Source: a bacterium (lineage in GTDB: Bacteria; Hinthialibacterota; Hinthialibacteria; Hinthialibacterales; Hinthialibacteraceae). From it: a stretch of 64,000 bases of DNA. The stretch covers positions 32,001 to 96,000 of the forward strand of contig CAXXSM010000073.1 in the NCBI GenBank assembly GCA_963663405.2, read 5' to 3'. Position numbers and translations under genes: made by a program. The first letter of the stretch is position 1; each line of letters opens with the position of its first letter. The notes under the pieces are model-generated. The model did not search any database. It was not told the DNA's origin and saw nothing but the letters and a program-made list of their open reading frames with translations. Positions 20,721-29,627 of this stretch are shown in pieces.

Positions 20721-21967
20721 TGAGAATCCTCCATGTCATACCCTATTTCCCTCCCGCCCATTCCTACGGAGGCGTTCCCGAGGCGGTATACTCGTTAGCG
20801 CAGGCGCAGGCGGAACTCGGTCATGATGTTGTTGTTTGGACAAGTGACGCAGGTATTCAACTTGGCGCCGAACGGGAAGGGATCACTCTTGAGTGGCAAA
20901 CGGATTCTCACATTCGAGCCATAGGCAAGATGGCTGGTATGCGGGTAATCTACGTCCGCAACCGTTGGCCCTTCTTGGCTGAACGGTTTAAGGTATTTAC
21001 CGCTGATTATCTACGAGCTGAAACGTTTTCGGCGCCGATTGAAAAATTCGATATTCTCCATCTGCATGAATCCTATATCCTAGGCTATGGGCGCCTCGCG
21101 CGTTGGGCGGTTGGAAAGGGAGTCGCGATCTGTCATTCTCCCCACGGTTCGCTGTTACCTCCCGTTCATCGATCGATCAAAAAAGCGCTTCACGCGTGGA
21201 TTGATCCGCTCCTGCGTAGAAAATGGTTCCCATACATCTCCGCGTTTTTTGCGCTTTGTAAGAATGAACGGGAACAGATTTTATCGTGCGGCGCGTCAGT
21301 GGATTCAATCCATATCATTCCACATAGCGCCCCTTCATTCGCCGCTTCTCCTATCCCGCTTCCATTTGATTTTCCTCCGTTGGACAACGCTCCAACATTT
21401 TTGTGCGTTGGACGAATAGCCATAGCGAAAGGTATTGATATTGTTGTAAAGGCGTTTGTTGATTTATGGAAGAAAGGTCAATCCGCGCGCTTAGTCTTTT
21501 GTGGGCCTGATGAAGGAGGCGTTGGATTGATAACCGACGCGATAAACGCGGCTGGAATTCCCTTTTTTCAAGGCTATATAGAAAATGCCGTGGGAGTATA
21601 TATCCTTCCACCGATTCCGCATGATTGCTTACCTGGCCTATATGAGAGTGCGGATATAACACTCTGTCCCTCCCCCTATGAATCTTTCGGATTAACGGTC
21701 GCGGAATCTCTTTCTTTTGGAACGCCGGTGATTGTGACGGCGGCTTATGGGTGTTTGGAACACCTATCCGCGCCGGAAGAGATGATGGAAATCATTCCCC
21801 CTAACGACGCGCGCGCCATGCGGGCCGCGATGGAGCGAATGAGATGGAAGAAGGAATTAAGGCGGGAGAAGATAAGAAACCACGATATCTTGCCCTCTCA
21901 ATCCGCTATCGCTGGACAGACGCTTTCCATCTATCAAAATCTGTTGAAACACCGTTCTCATGTGTAG
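20717..21967 (+). CDS. Glycosyltransferase family 4
   Basis: MRILHV..YGG, GRIAIAKG, PSPYESFGLTVAES; ATGA overlap with the previous gene. Confidence 0.9.
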   Translation: MMRILHVIPYFPPAHSYGGVPEAVYSLAQAQAELGHDVVVWTSDAGIQLGAEREGITLEWQTDSHIRAIGKMAGMRVIYVRNRWPFLAERFKVFTADYLRAETFSAPIEKFDILHLHESYILGYGRLARWAVGKGVAICHSPHGSLLPPVHRSIKKALHAWIDPLLRRKWFPYISAFFALCKNEREQILSCGASVDSIHIIPHSAPSFAASPIPLPFDFPPLDNAPTFLCVGRIAIAKGIDIVVKAFVDLWKKGQSARLVFCGPDEGGVGLITDAINAAGIPFFQGYIENAVGVYILPPIPHDCLPGLYESADITLCPSPYESFGLTVAESLSFGTPVIVTAAYGCLEHLSAPEEMMEIIPPNDARAMRAAMERMRWKKELRREKIRNHDILPSQSAIAGQTLSIYQNLLKHRSHV

Positions 21968-22070
21968 ATGAAACCTCGATCGGTTCCTATAATAAGGGAT
22001 CGGCCGGCTGGCTTTTAGTTTTACCGTTCCGTTCGATACAAATCCCGCAGCGAGCACTGGATGTATTTCA

Positions 22071-22850
22071 TTGGACAAGAGCAACGAGAATTGCCCAATT
22101 CAAACCAATCGGACATTGATACTGGTTCCTGCGTATAATGAAGAAAAGCATTTAAAGGGGTTTTTACCTTGTCTGATACAGGAGGCGCGTTTGATCGCCG
22201 CGGATGTCATTGGAGTGAATGACGCCTCCACCGATGGCACCCCCGCTCTTTTTCAGAAATTTGGCGTCCGGACATTAAATCATCCCATCCAGATGGGATA
22301 TGGCACAACGCTGCAAACCGGGTATAAATATGCGCTGCGGAACGGCTATGATTACGTTATCCAACTGGACGCGGACGGACAGCACGATCCCCGCTTTTTA
22401 ACGCGTTTCTATCGGCATTTGACACGGGGGGACGCGGAGATCGTTATCGGATCCCGGTTTCTGAAAGAATCCCGGCCGTCCTTTTATCCGACCGGTCCTC
22501 TATATTCAGGAACTTTACTGCGCCGGATCGGCATCGTCCTATTCCGGATTGCGATTGTGATCCTAGGTTGGCGTTATGTGTCCGATCCGACAAGTGGATA
22601 TATTGGATTTAACCGCAGGGCGCTTCAATTTTTCTGTGGAAAGGGATTTCCATTCGATTATCCAGACGCCGATCTGATCCTTACGTTGATCCGGAATCGA
22701 TTCAAGCTGATGGAAATCCCGGTTTATATGTACGCGAATTCAGAGTATGGGAAACTGCACCGCGGTTGCCGTCCATTGTGGTATATCTTCAAAGTCTCGC
22801 TCTCTTTGTTGGTCACATCGATTCGCGGCCGGGAAAGAGAGCTGCACTAA
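22071..22850 (+). CDS. DPM1-like polyprenol-phosphate glycosyltransferase (GT2)
   Basis: VPAYNEE, VNDASTD, DADGQHDP, IVIGSRF, DPTSG. Confidence 0.9.
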   Translation: MDKSNENCPIQTNRTLILVPAYNEEKHLKGFLPCLIQEARLIAADVIGVNDASTDGTPALFQKFGVRTLNHPIQMGYGTTLQTGYKYALRNGYDYVIQLDADGQHDPRFLTRFYRHLTRGDAEIVIGSRFLKESRPSFYPTGPLYSGTLLRRIGIVLFRIAIVILGWRYVSDPTSGYIGFNRRALQFFCGKGFPFDYPDADLILTLIRNRFKLMEIPVYMYANSEYGKLHRGCRPLWYIFKVSLSLLVTSIRGRERELH

Positions 22851-22891
22851 CGGCGTGGTGAATGAACGTTATCAAATGAAGGAGTTCAAAT

Positions 22892-23263
22892 ATGCTGCCG
22901 TTTCGACAACAGATACTAATTTTAATCGTCAGCGGTTCGTTATTAATGGTTATTATTTATTTGATTCAAAAACGCAGGATGTTGGAACTCTATTCCGTCG
23001 TGTGGTTTTTGATTAGTATTCTCTCAATCTCTTGTCTTTGGCTATATCCTTTTGTCGTTTGGCTGACCGAATTCATCGGGGCGGGATTTACGTCGTCCAC
23101 CATTCTTTTTATCGGCGTTTTCATGGGATTATTGTTAAATATGCAATTGTGTGTAAAGTTGACTGAATTAACCCACCGGCAGAAAGATCTCATCCAAGAA
23201 ATTACACTGCTGCAAAATGAATTGTCCGAGTTGCGTAGGGATCACAACGCGTCTTCTTCATAA
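22892..23263 (+). CDS. DUF2304 membrane protein
   Basis: 3 TM segments plus C-terminal coiled coil (L.QEI.LL); typical position after a DPM1-like gene. Confidence 0.8.
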   Translation: MLPFRQQILILIVSGSLLMVIIYLIQKRRMLELYSVVWFLISILSISCLWLYPFVVWLTEFIGAGFTSSTILFIGVFMGLLLNMQLCVKLTELTHRQKDLIQEITLLQNELSELRRDHNASSS

Positions 23264-23308
23264 AAGCTGGCGCTTTGGCGCTTTGTTCGATTTATCATTA
23301 GGAATCCG

Positions 23309-25186
23309 ATGAATACAATTGAACCTACTCCAAATAGACCCGTTTGGCGCGTTCTTGCCTGGGGCGCGTTGCTTTGTTTGCTGATTTGCGCCGTTTACAT
23401 CCCCGCCCTTTGGGGAGGGCTGTATTTGGATGATAAACGCTTTATTTTTGATAATAATAACATACATAGCCTCTCTTCCATCCCTTATTTATGCATCCAT
23501 TTTTTTTATATTCGTGGATGGACACAGATATCCTTCGCTTTCGATTGGTATTTGTACAATGGCAGCGCGCTGGGAATGCACATCACTAGCATTATCCTGC
23601 ATCTGTTGGCTACGCTGTTGGTTTGGTTGACGGCTTCCCGTTTGCTGAATGGATTCGGTGATTCCTCCAAAGAGAACAGAACGATCTTTCCATCAGGTTA
23701 TCTCGCGGCGGTCTTTTTTGGTTTGCATCCCATCGCTACGCAACCCGTCACGCATTTGATCTCCCGCGCTAACATTCTCGCGGTTTTGTTCTATCTCGTT
23801 GGATTCTGGTTCACTTTAAAACTGATGCAAAAAGGATTCCAGGAGGATGGCGCCCACGAACGAGAGCGGTCACGGTTGCTGTTCATATCCTGCGCCGCTG
23901 GAGTAATCACTGTTCTCGGTCTTGGCGCCAAGGAAATTATTGTGACGCTGCCCGCGATGGTCTTAATTACCGCCGCTATCTATTGGCGAGAGGAGACTGT
24001 TTCTATTCTTTTCAGGCGTTTAGCGATTCTCACCATTCCCTTTCTCCTCTTCGCAGTATTGTTTTGCGCCACCCGTGTTATTGTCTTAGGCGGTGTGCTG
24101 GGATTTGAAGATGCGGCAATGCGCCCTTGGACCGTGAACTTGATGACGCAGGCTTGCGTCATTGTGTTATATTACATTCCGAAGATATTCTTCCCGCTGC
24201 GCCTTTATTATGATCCCTATTATCCCGAGATCCATTCATTGAATCTATCTGTTCTTTTTTCCGCTGGACTGATTCTCGCGCTGTTAGTGTTCGCTGTATT
24301 AATGTATAAGAGAGCGCCGGTTGTTTCTCTTGGGATTCTCTGGTTTTTTGTCACGCTCTCCGTCACGTCTTCGTTTATTCCTTTAGCCGACGTTGTGGCG
24401 GAGCGGCGCGTTTATCTTTCTCTCATCGGATTGAGTTTTATTTTTGAATTCATCGTCTTGTGGTTCTTCCAGTTCCGTAAATTCCACGTTTTCACCTATC
24501 TCTTCTGCGTCTGTCTGGTGATTTCTTTTTCTTATCGGACGTATCTTCGGAACACTGATTTTAAGGATATTTATCAGATCTACGAAACCGATTTAAAACA
24601 GCAATTGACGTATGGAAAAGCTCGCCCCCGAACCATTCATGGGATCGTCAAAGAATCACTATTGACCGACCAGCTCGAAAAAGGGAACGCGATTCTTACA
24701 AAATACAACATCGATTTATTCTATATGATGAACCAAGACTTAAAACTGGATGACAAGCACGATTTCCTGTTGTTCGCCTATACGTTCGACTGGAATGACA
24801 AAAGACTGATCTCTATCGCGGAGGATTTAGTGAATGAGAATCCAAAAAAAGCCGGATATTTAATCACGTTGCAAAACCTTTATCTCATTCATGGAAGGTA
24901 TAATGACGCGGAAACGATTGTTGACCGTACGCTGAAGCTATACCCTCTCGATCTCGATTCTTTGCTGAACAAAGCCAATCTTTATAAAGTAAAAGGAGAT
25001 ACAAAAAACGTTCTCAAATATATCCAAATCGCCCGAAAATATTATCCCAACCATGTCAAACCTATCACCCATTTGATTTACTATAATCAAGCCTTTGGCT
25101 TGGAAACAAAAGAGTTGGAAGAGGAACTCGAACGGTTAAAAAAACTCCCACAAAATCAATTTGAAACCTTACGGGTGTTGGAATAA
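23309..25186 (+). CDS. TMTC-like GT-C protein O-glycosyltransferase with TPR tail
   Basis: YLDD first-loop motif, FGLHPIATQPV..ISR, AKE, PLRL..D, AERRVYL, C-terminal TPR-like helices. Confidence 0.8.
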   Translation: MNTIEPTPNRPVWRVLAWGALLCLLICAVYIPALWGGLYLDDKRFIFDNNNIHSLSSIPYLCIHFFYIRGWTQISFAFDWYLYNGSALGMHITSIILHLLATLLVWLTASRLLNGFGDSSKENRTIFPSGYLAAVFFGLHPIATQPVTHLISRANILAVLFYLVGFWFTLKLMQKGFQEDGAHERERSRLLFISCAAGVITVLGLGAKEIIVTLPAMVLITAAIYWREETVSILFRRLAILTIPFLLFAVLFCATRVIVLGGVLGFEDAAMRPWTVNLMTQACVIVLYYIPKIFFPLRLYYDPYYPEIHSLNLSVLFSAGLILALLVFAVLMYKRAPVVSLGILWFFVTLSVTSSFIPLADVVAERRVYLSLIGLSFIFEFIVLWFFQFRKFHVFTYLFCVCLVISFSYRTYLRNTDFKDIYQIYETDLKQQLTYGKARPRTIHGIVKESLLTDQLEKGNAILTKYNIDLFYMMNQDLKLDDKHDFLLFAYTFDWNDKRLISIAEDLVNENPKKAGYLITLQNLYLIHGRYNDAETIVDRTLKLYPLDLDSLLNKANLYKVKGDTKNVLKYIQIARKYYPNHVKPITHLIYYNQAFGLETKELEEELERLKKLPQNQFETLRVLE

Positions 25187-25231
25187 TAGGCAAAAGAACC
25201 TTTGAAAAACCTGATAGTCATATCGTGAATC

Positions 25232-25267
25232 ATTCCCGGTGGATCGATAAAGCGTGAGGCGCCCTAC
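25232..25267 (-). repeat. Dispersed GTAG-initiated repeat, copy A
   Basis: GTAGGGCGCctcacGCTTTATcGATCCACCG; a related copy lies at 41132-41160. Confidence 0.5.
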
Positions 25268-25302
25268 CGCGACTCATATTCTTTTGCACGTTGTGATCTC
25301 AA

Positions 25303-25587
25303 TTATGCTGGTTTTATGTTTTTTGTTTCTTGATCGATTCGTTCTTTTAAGAAGATTTTGATCAATGATTGATAGGGAACATCTCTTTTATTGGCGATTG
25401 TTTTGATTTGATCCAAAACAAATTCGGGAAGCCGTAAAGAGATTGTCTTGGTGGAAGGTTTTAATTTGGGAAACGTTACTCGTTCCGCTTTCTTCCAATC
25501 GATATATTCGGTCGAATCGTTCTCCGCCCAAAACGCTCTTTCTTCATCTTGGTCTTTAAATGGTGGAATCGTTTTTCGTTTGTTCAT
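25303..25587 (-). CDS. BrnA/CopG-like antitoxin
   Basis: IPPFK..DEERAFW..NDSTEY...TISLRLP...IK..A.KRDVPYQSLIK. Confidence 0.9.
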   Translation of the reverse strand: MNKRKTIPPFKDQDEERAFWAENDSTEYIDWKKAERVTFPKLKPSTKTISLRLPEFVLDQIKTIANKRDVPYQSLIKIFLKERIDQETKNIKPA

Positions 25588-25645
25588 AATACATTCTTCG
25601 CTCCCTATTATTCATATCTCTTGTGGAGATCATTCTGTATCTCAT
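25556..25645 (-). pseudogene. C-terminal remnant of BrnT toxin
   Basis: RMISTRDMNNRERRMYYEQ matches the BrnT C-terminal R.ISAR.M...ER..Y motif and overlaps the antitoxin start; an in-frame stop lies just upstream. Confidence 0.65.
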
Positions 25646-25785
25646 TTTTTCATATATTCTTATAGGAATGATAGGTCTAAGCGAAATGGTTTTTTGTTCA
25701 TGTTAATTATACTTCTATACTGTACCCCAAAATTCGGACAGCCATCTAAGGTAGGTTACCTCGAAGCCGACAATAGGTAGAAGAG

Positions 25786-26085
25786 GTGAACCAAATGATG
25801 AAAATGCGAAAAAATTTTGATGGAGCGTTCAAAGGCAAAGTGGCACTGGAGGCAATCAAAGGAGAGAAGACCTTAACCCAGATAGCGAGCGATTACAAAA
25901 TTCATGTGAGCCAGATTCGACAGTGGAAAAAGCGCCTGTTGGAAGAAATCCCAGGCTTGTTTTCACGCAAGCAAGAAAAGAGTCAAGCGGAAGCCGAAGA
26001 ACTGACGTCGGAACTTTACCGCCAGATTGGGCAAATGAAAGTCGAACTTGATTGGGTAAAAAAAAAGTCTAACGTGCTCAGTTAA
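25786..26085 (+). CDS. IS3 transposase OrfA (HTH)
   Basis: FKGKVALEAIKGEKTL..IAS...WKK...LYRQIG.MKVELDWVKKK. Confidence 0.9.
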   Translation: MNQMMKMRKNFDGAFKGKVALEAIKGEKTLTQIASDYKIHVSQIRQWKKRLLEEIPGLFSRKQEKSQAEAEELTSELYRQIGQMKVELDWVKKKSNVLS

Positions 26086-26906
26086 GAAAAGACGAAGTTG
26101 GATCGAACTAACTAATTCTGAGATTTCAATAAAGAGGCAATGTGAATTGCTGGGGTTGTCTCGTTCAGGATTTTATTATCAACCCGTGGGCGAATCAGCC
26201 GAAAATGTAGCGCTGATGAACCTGCTTGATGAACAATATACCCGGACACCGTTTTACGGAATTCGGAAAATGCAGAAATGGTTGAGAACTCTAGGACGGG
26301 TTGTGAATAAGAAACGAATCGGTCGTTTAATGCGAGTGATGGGCTTGGAGACGATCTACCCGAAGCCTCGTTTGAGCCTCGGAAATGTTCAGCATAAGAA
26401 ATATCCATACCTGTTGAAGGGAGTGAAAATCGAAAGACCCAATCACGTGTGGAGCACCGATATCACCTATATACGTATGCGCCAAGGATTTGTTTACCTG
26501 GTGGCGATCTTAGGACTGGTTTAGTCGTTATGTGGTGTCATGGAAAGTCTCCACTTCGATGGAGGTTGACTTTTGCCTCGAAGCGTTGGAGATGGCTTTT
26601 GAAATTGATAAGCCAACGATCTTCAACAGTGACCAAGGCTCTCAATTCACAAGCACGGATTTTACGAGTCGCTTGAAGAAAGAGAGGACTCTCATCAGCA
26701 TGGATGGAAGAGGCCGAGTGTTCGATAATATTTTCGTCGAACGGTTATGGCGGTCAGTGAAATATGAGGAGGTCTATATCAAAAGTTACGAAACGGTGAA
26801 TGATTGTGTGCGCGGACTAACGGATTATTTTCAGTTCTACAATAATGAGCGTCTACACCAAGCCTTGGGATATAAGACGCCGCTTCAGGTTTATAGAGAA
26901 CACTAG
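26060..26906 (+). CDS. IS3 transposase OrfB (integrase core), interrupted by one extra G near 26513
   Basis: WSTDITY, FNSDQGSQFTS, SMDGRGR..DN..VER.WRSVKYE, YNNER.HQALGY.TP; VAIL/DWFSRYV split by +1. Confidence 0.85.
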
Positions 26907-27385
26907 AAAACTTGACGGTCCAAGAACTTTGCGTTTGAGTTTTTTAAGGCATTGGCAAATGCTCTGGATTATCTTGAAATGATCGAAAAAAGGGGATGAT
27001 CTGATACGTCTCCCTGACGGCAATCCGTCGCACACGCACCAGGATATCCCTTGACCGGTTGCTCTACAGCAGAACCGATCTCCGTTTCTCCTGGTAGTGT
27101 ATAATATCGGAAAGTTTTATGAGAATCTGGAATCATCATGATTTCCGGATCCCAAATAAGGAGACTTGAGTTGAACGAAATCGAGGTTGAAAACCTACTT
27201 TAAATTTCCTTGATTCCTGTCTTGACAATGGGGTACACCTCATTCCACTCATCCTTCTATGAATTTTGATTTTATATATTGTGTAGCTCTTTCTATATTA
27301 TCGATTTAAGTTCATTGATCACCGATTTTCGCGAGGTGCGGAACCGTCATAATTAGACCAAGATTTGGGCGGGTATGAGGCGGGA

Positions 27386-29122
27386 TCAAGGCGTATATCG
27401 TATCCGCATGCGCCTTCCTTCCAGCCAGGGAATTTCAAACGGTTTCTGCAGTTTCTTGATTCCAAGCAAGAGAGGCGTATGAGCCCGCTTGCGGATGCGC
27501 ACCTCAAAATTTTGCCCGTCGAAACGGACTTTTCCTGGCATATCGATAAAATTTCGAAAAATATCCGGCGCCAAATGGTTCTCAAACCGGGGCAAATCCT
27601 GCGCCAATCGCCGATAGAAAAAACTGGCCACCACACTCAACAAGAGATCGAAATAGATCCGGATCATGATCGGTGAAGAGAGCGCATTGATGTGAAAAAA
27701 ATCTACTAACTCGGCCAGTTTATTCTCGATCCGCCACCGGCGCGCATAGATGGCGAGTACCTCAACCAGATCCAAATCCCGGTTGTTGGTGATGACATAG
27801 GTGGGTTGATCCCGCCCATGATCTTTCATAATGATCTGCCGGAATGGCTTCGGGCAGGGTTTCAACGTGACCTCGCTTTCGTGAGCCAGGAAAGTCTGGT
27901 GTTTCCGCTTGGGGATGGGGAGTTTGACTTTCATCCAACTTGAATCCGGCAAGGCTTCCGTCTGCTGGATCAGGCTTTGACAGCGGGATCGCAACGTAAT
28001 GAATTTGATATTGGCCTGGTCCAATTGGCCTAAAATGTTGTACGTGGTTAAGCGGGAATCGAACACCAGGGTCTCGCGGACCACGCCTCGAATATCTTTC
28101 AAATACTCCACAAAATTCAGAATTTCTTCCGAGCCGTTTTTCCGTAGTACATCCGCGTTTGCATACAAAAGGGCATTGGTTTCCGCGTCTTGGACGAAAA
28201 ACGTGTTCGCGCCTTTCAGCGCCTTGTTGCGCGCCCCACACCAGACCTTCTCCATCTCGGATTTCTCGCCGAAATGAGGAATGGAATGAAAGTCCAGATT
28301 GATCGTTTCCCCCGAAAAAAACGATGGGTCCCACGCCGTCATGCGGGTTACCATTTCTTGCTGGAGTTGACGGCACAGGCCGGCGGAAACGAGGCAGGAG
28401 TACGTTCCCATGTACGTCGGTTTGGGCAACCGGTTGAGACCGGCGAACACGCCGAATCCCGCGTCATGATCGTACTGCCGCACGTGACAGAAGCGTTCGC
28501 CTCCCATCAGTTTCAGGGCGAGAAAACTTAAAAACGCTTGTTTTTTACCAATGACTTTGGATTCGGGGATGGGAAGCGAATCGAGCGTCTCCATGAGGCC
28601 CGATTCAATAATGTAAGGGAGGAACACGAAAAGTCCCGCAATTTGACAATCTTCATGAAAGGGTTCGAGATCCTCAAAATCCAGATTCTGAGCGGGTTGC
28701 GCCAGAAGTGTATTTTTTTTCGTCCGGCCTCGCTGAGCGGCTGTCCGGCGGGGCAGTTTGCCGAAGCCGGCGTCTTTCAAGATTCGTTCCACCGTGCTGG
28801 GGCTGATATCAATATTCTCCTCACGGAGCCGTTCGGTAATATCCGCCGCGGCCAACTGATTTTTTCTCCATTCCACAATCCGCTCGCGAATGTAGGGTGT
28901 CACGCGGCGGTCTTTTGGTCCGGGTGAGCGTTGGGGGAAAAATTCTAGCGTTCCGGCGCGGAAATCGTGAGCCAAGGCATAGAGCGAATTTTCGGTGAAC
29001 CCGAAGCGTTGGGCCACGTCGGCGGCCGGCGTTTCGTCAAGGATGTAGGCGCGCAGGGCTTCGTACTGCCGGTGTTTGGGGGATTTCGGAGCCAGGAAGA
29101 AGGATTTCAAGTCGTCGCGCAT
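27386..29122 (-). CDS. DDE transposase with N-terminal HTH domains
   Basis: HTH-like N-terminus; INLDFH, LVFDSR and Y..RWRIEN (IS4-type Y-R-E signature). Confidence 0.85.
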   Translation of the reverse strand: MRDDLKSFFLAPKSPKHRQYEALRAYILDETPAADVAQRFGFTENSLYALAHDFRAGTLEFFPQRSPGPKDRRVTPYIRERIVEWRKNQLAAADITERLREENIDISPSTVERILKDAGFGKLPRRTAAQRGRTKKNTLLAQPAQNLDFEDLEPFHEDCQIAGLFVFLPYIIESGLMETLDSLPIPESKVIGKKQAFLSFLALKLMGGERFCHVRQYDHDAGFGVFAGLNRLPKPTYMGTYSCLVSAGLCRQLQQEMVTRMTAWDPSFFSGETINLDFHSIPHFGEKSEMEKVWCGARNKALKGANTFFVQDAETNALLYANADVLRKNGSEEILNFVEYLKDIRGVVRETLVFDSRLTTYNILGQLDQANIKFITLRSRCQSLIQQTEALPDSSWMKVKLPIPKRKHQTFLAHESEVTLKPCPKPFRQIIMKDHGRDQPTYVITNNRDLDLVEVLAIYARRWRIENKLAELVDFFHINALSSPIMIRIYFDLLLSVVASFFYRRLAQDLPRFENHLAPDIFRNFIDMPGKVRFDGQNFEVRIRKRAHTPLLLGIKKLQKPFEIPWLEGRRMRIRYTP

Positions 29123-29152
29123 GATATTATGCCTAGTATAATTATGAAGGTT

Positions 29153-29182
29153 ATAATACCGCGAAATAGGAAGTAAATGCAA
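29153..29182 (-). promoter_or_regulatory. Putative sigma70 promoter of the transposase
   Basis: TTGCAT-N18-TATTAT about 30 bp upstream of the ATG at 29122. Confidence 0.4.
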
Positions 29183-29519
29183 GGGGGTTAAGAAAAAAAA
29201 CGTAGAAAAGTACGAAAATTCGAAGATTTTTGACCTGAGATGAAGAGAAATCGGGGAAAATGGAAGAAAGTACGTTCAGATCGTGGAAAATATATCCGTC
29301 ATATAAGTACAAAGATTAATACGCATTACGCCTTAAAAAAGCAGTAAAATCCGCGAAAAAACTATAGTTCAATTATGACGGTTGAGGTTCTCGCGAAAAT
29401 CGGTGTTGATCTAGAAATGTTCTCCTTTTATTTCTCCGGTTCATAATAAAAAAAATATTTTTTTGTTGACGTAATGAAATTATGTGCTAATAATATAAAA
29501 TATATCAGATGATTAAATA

Positions 29520-29570
29520 TTTACCTTTCTAGGTAAAGTTTTTAGAAAAAAGTTTACCGGGAAAAGTAAA
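29520..29570. promoter_or_regulatory. Two tandem TTTAC-N8-GTAAA palindromic operator-like sites
   Basis: TTTACCTTTCTAGGTAAA (29520-37) and TTTACCGGGAAAAGTAAA (29553-70), 33 bp apart, downstream of a TTGACG box at 29466. Confidence 0.4.
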
Positions 29571-29627
29571 GTTCAATCCGGAATGAGTTTTGAGGATCGA
29601 ACCTTCCAATAATATCAGACATGCATC

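Larger units (their letters stand above)
25716..27242 (+). mobile_element. IS3-family insertion sequence
   Basis: Imperfect IRs TATACTGTACCCCAaaattcgGACAG / TGAGGTGTACCCCAttgtcaaGACAG; 3-bp TSD TTC (25713-15, 27243-45); orfA and orfB present. Confidence 0.9.
27320..29405 (-). mobile_element. DDE insertion sequence (IS4-superfamily-like, family not assigned)
   Basis: 35-bp IRs CACCGATTTTCGCGAG-N6-AACCGTCATAATT at both ends; 5-bp TSD TTGAT (27315-19, 29406-10). Confidence 0.92.
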
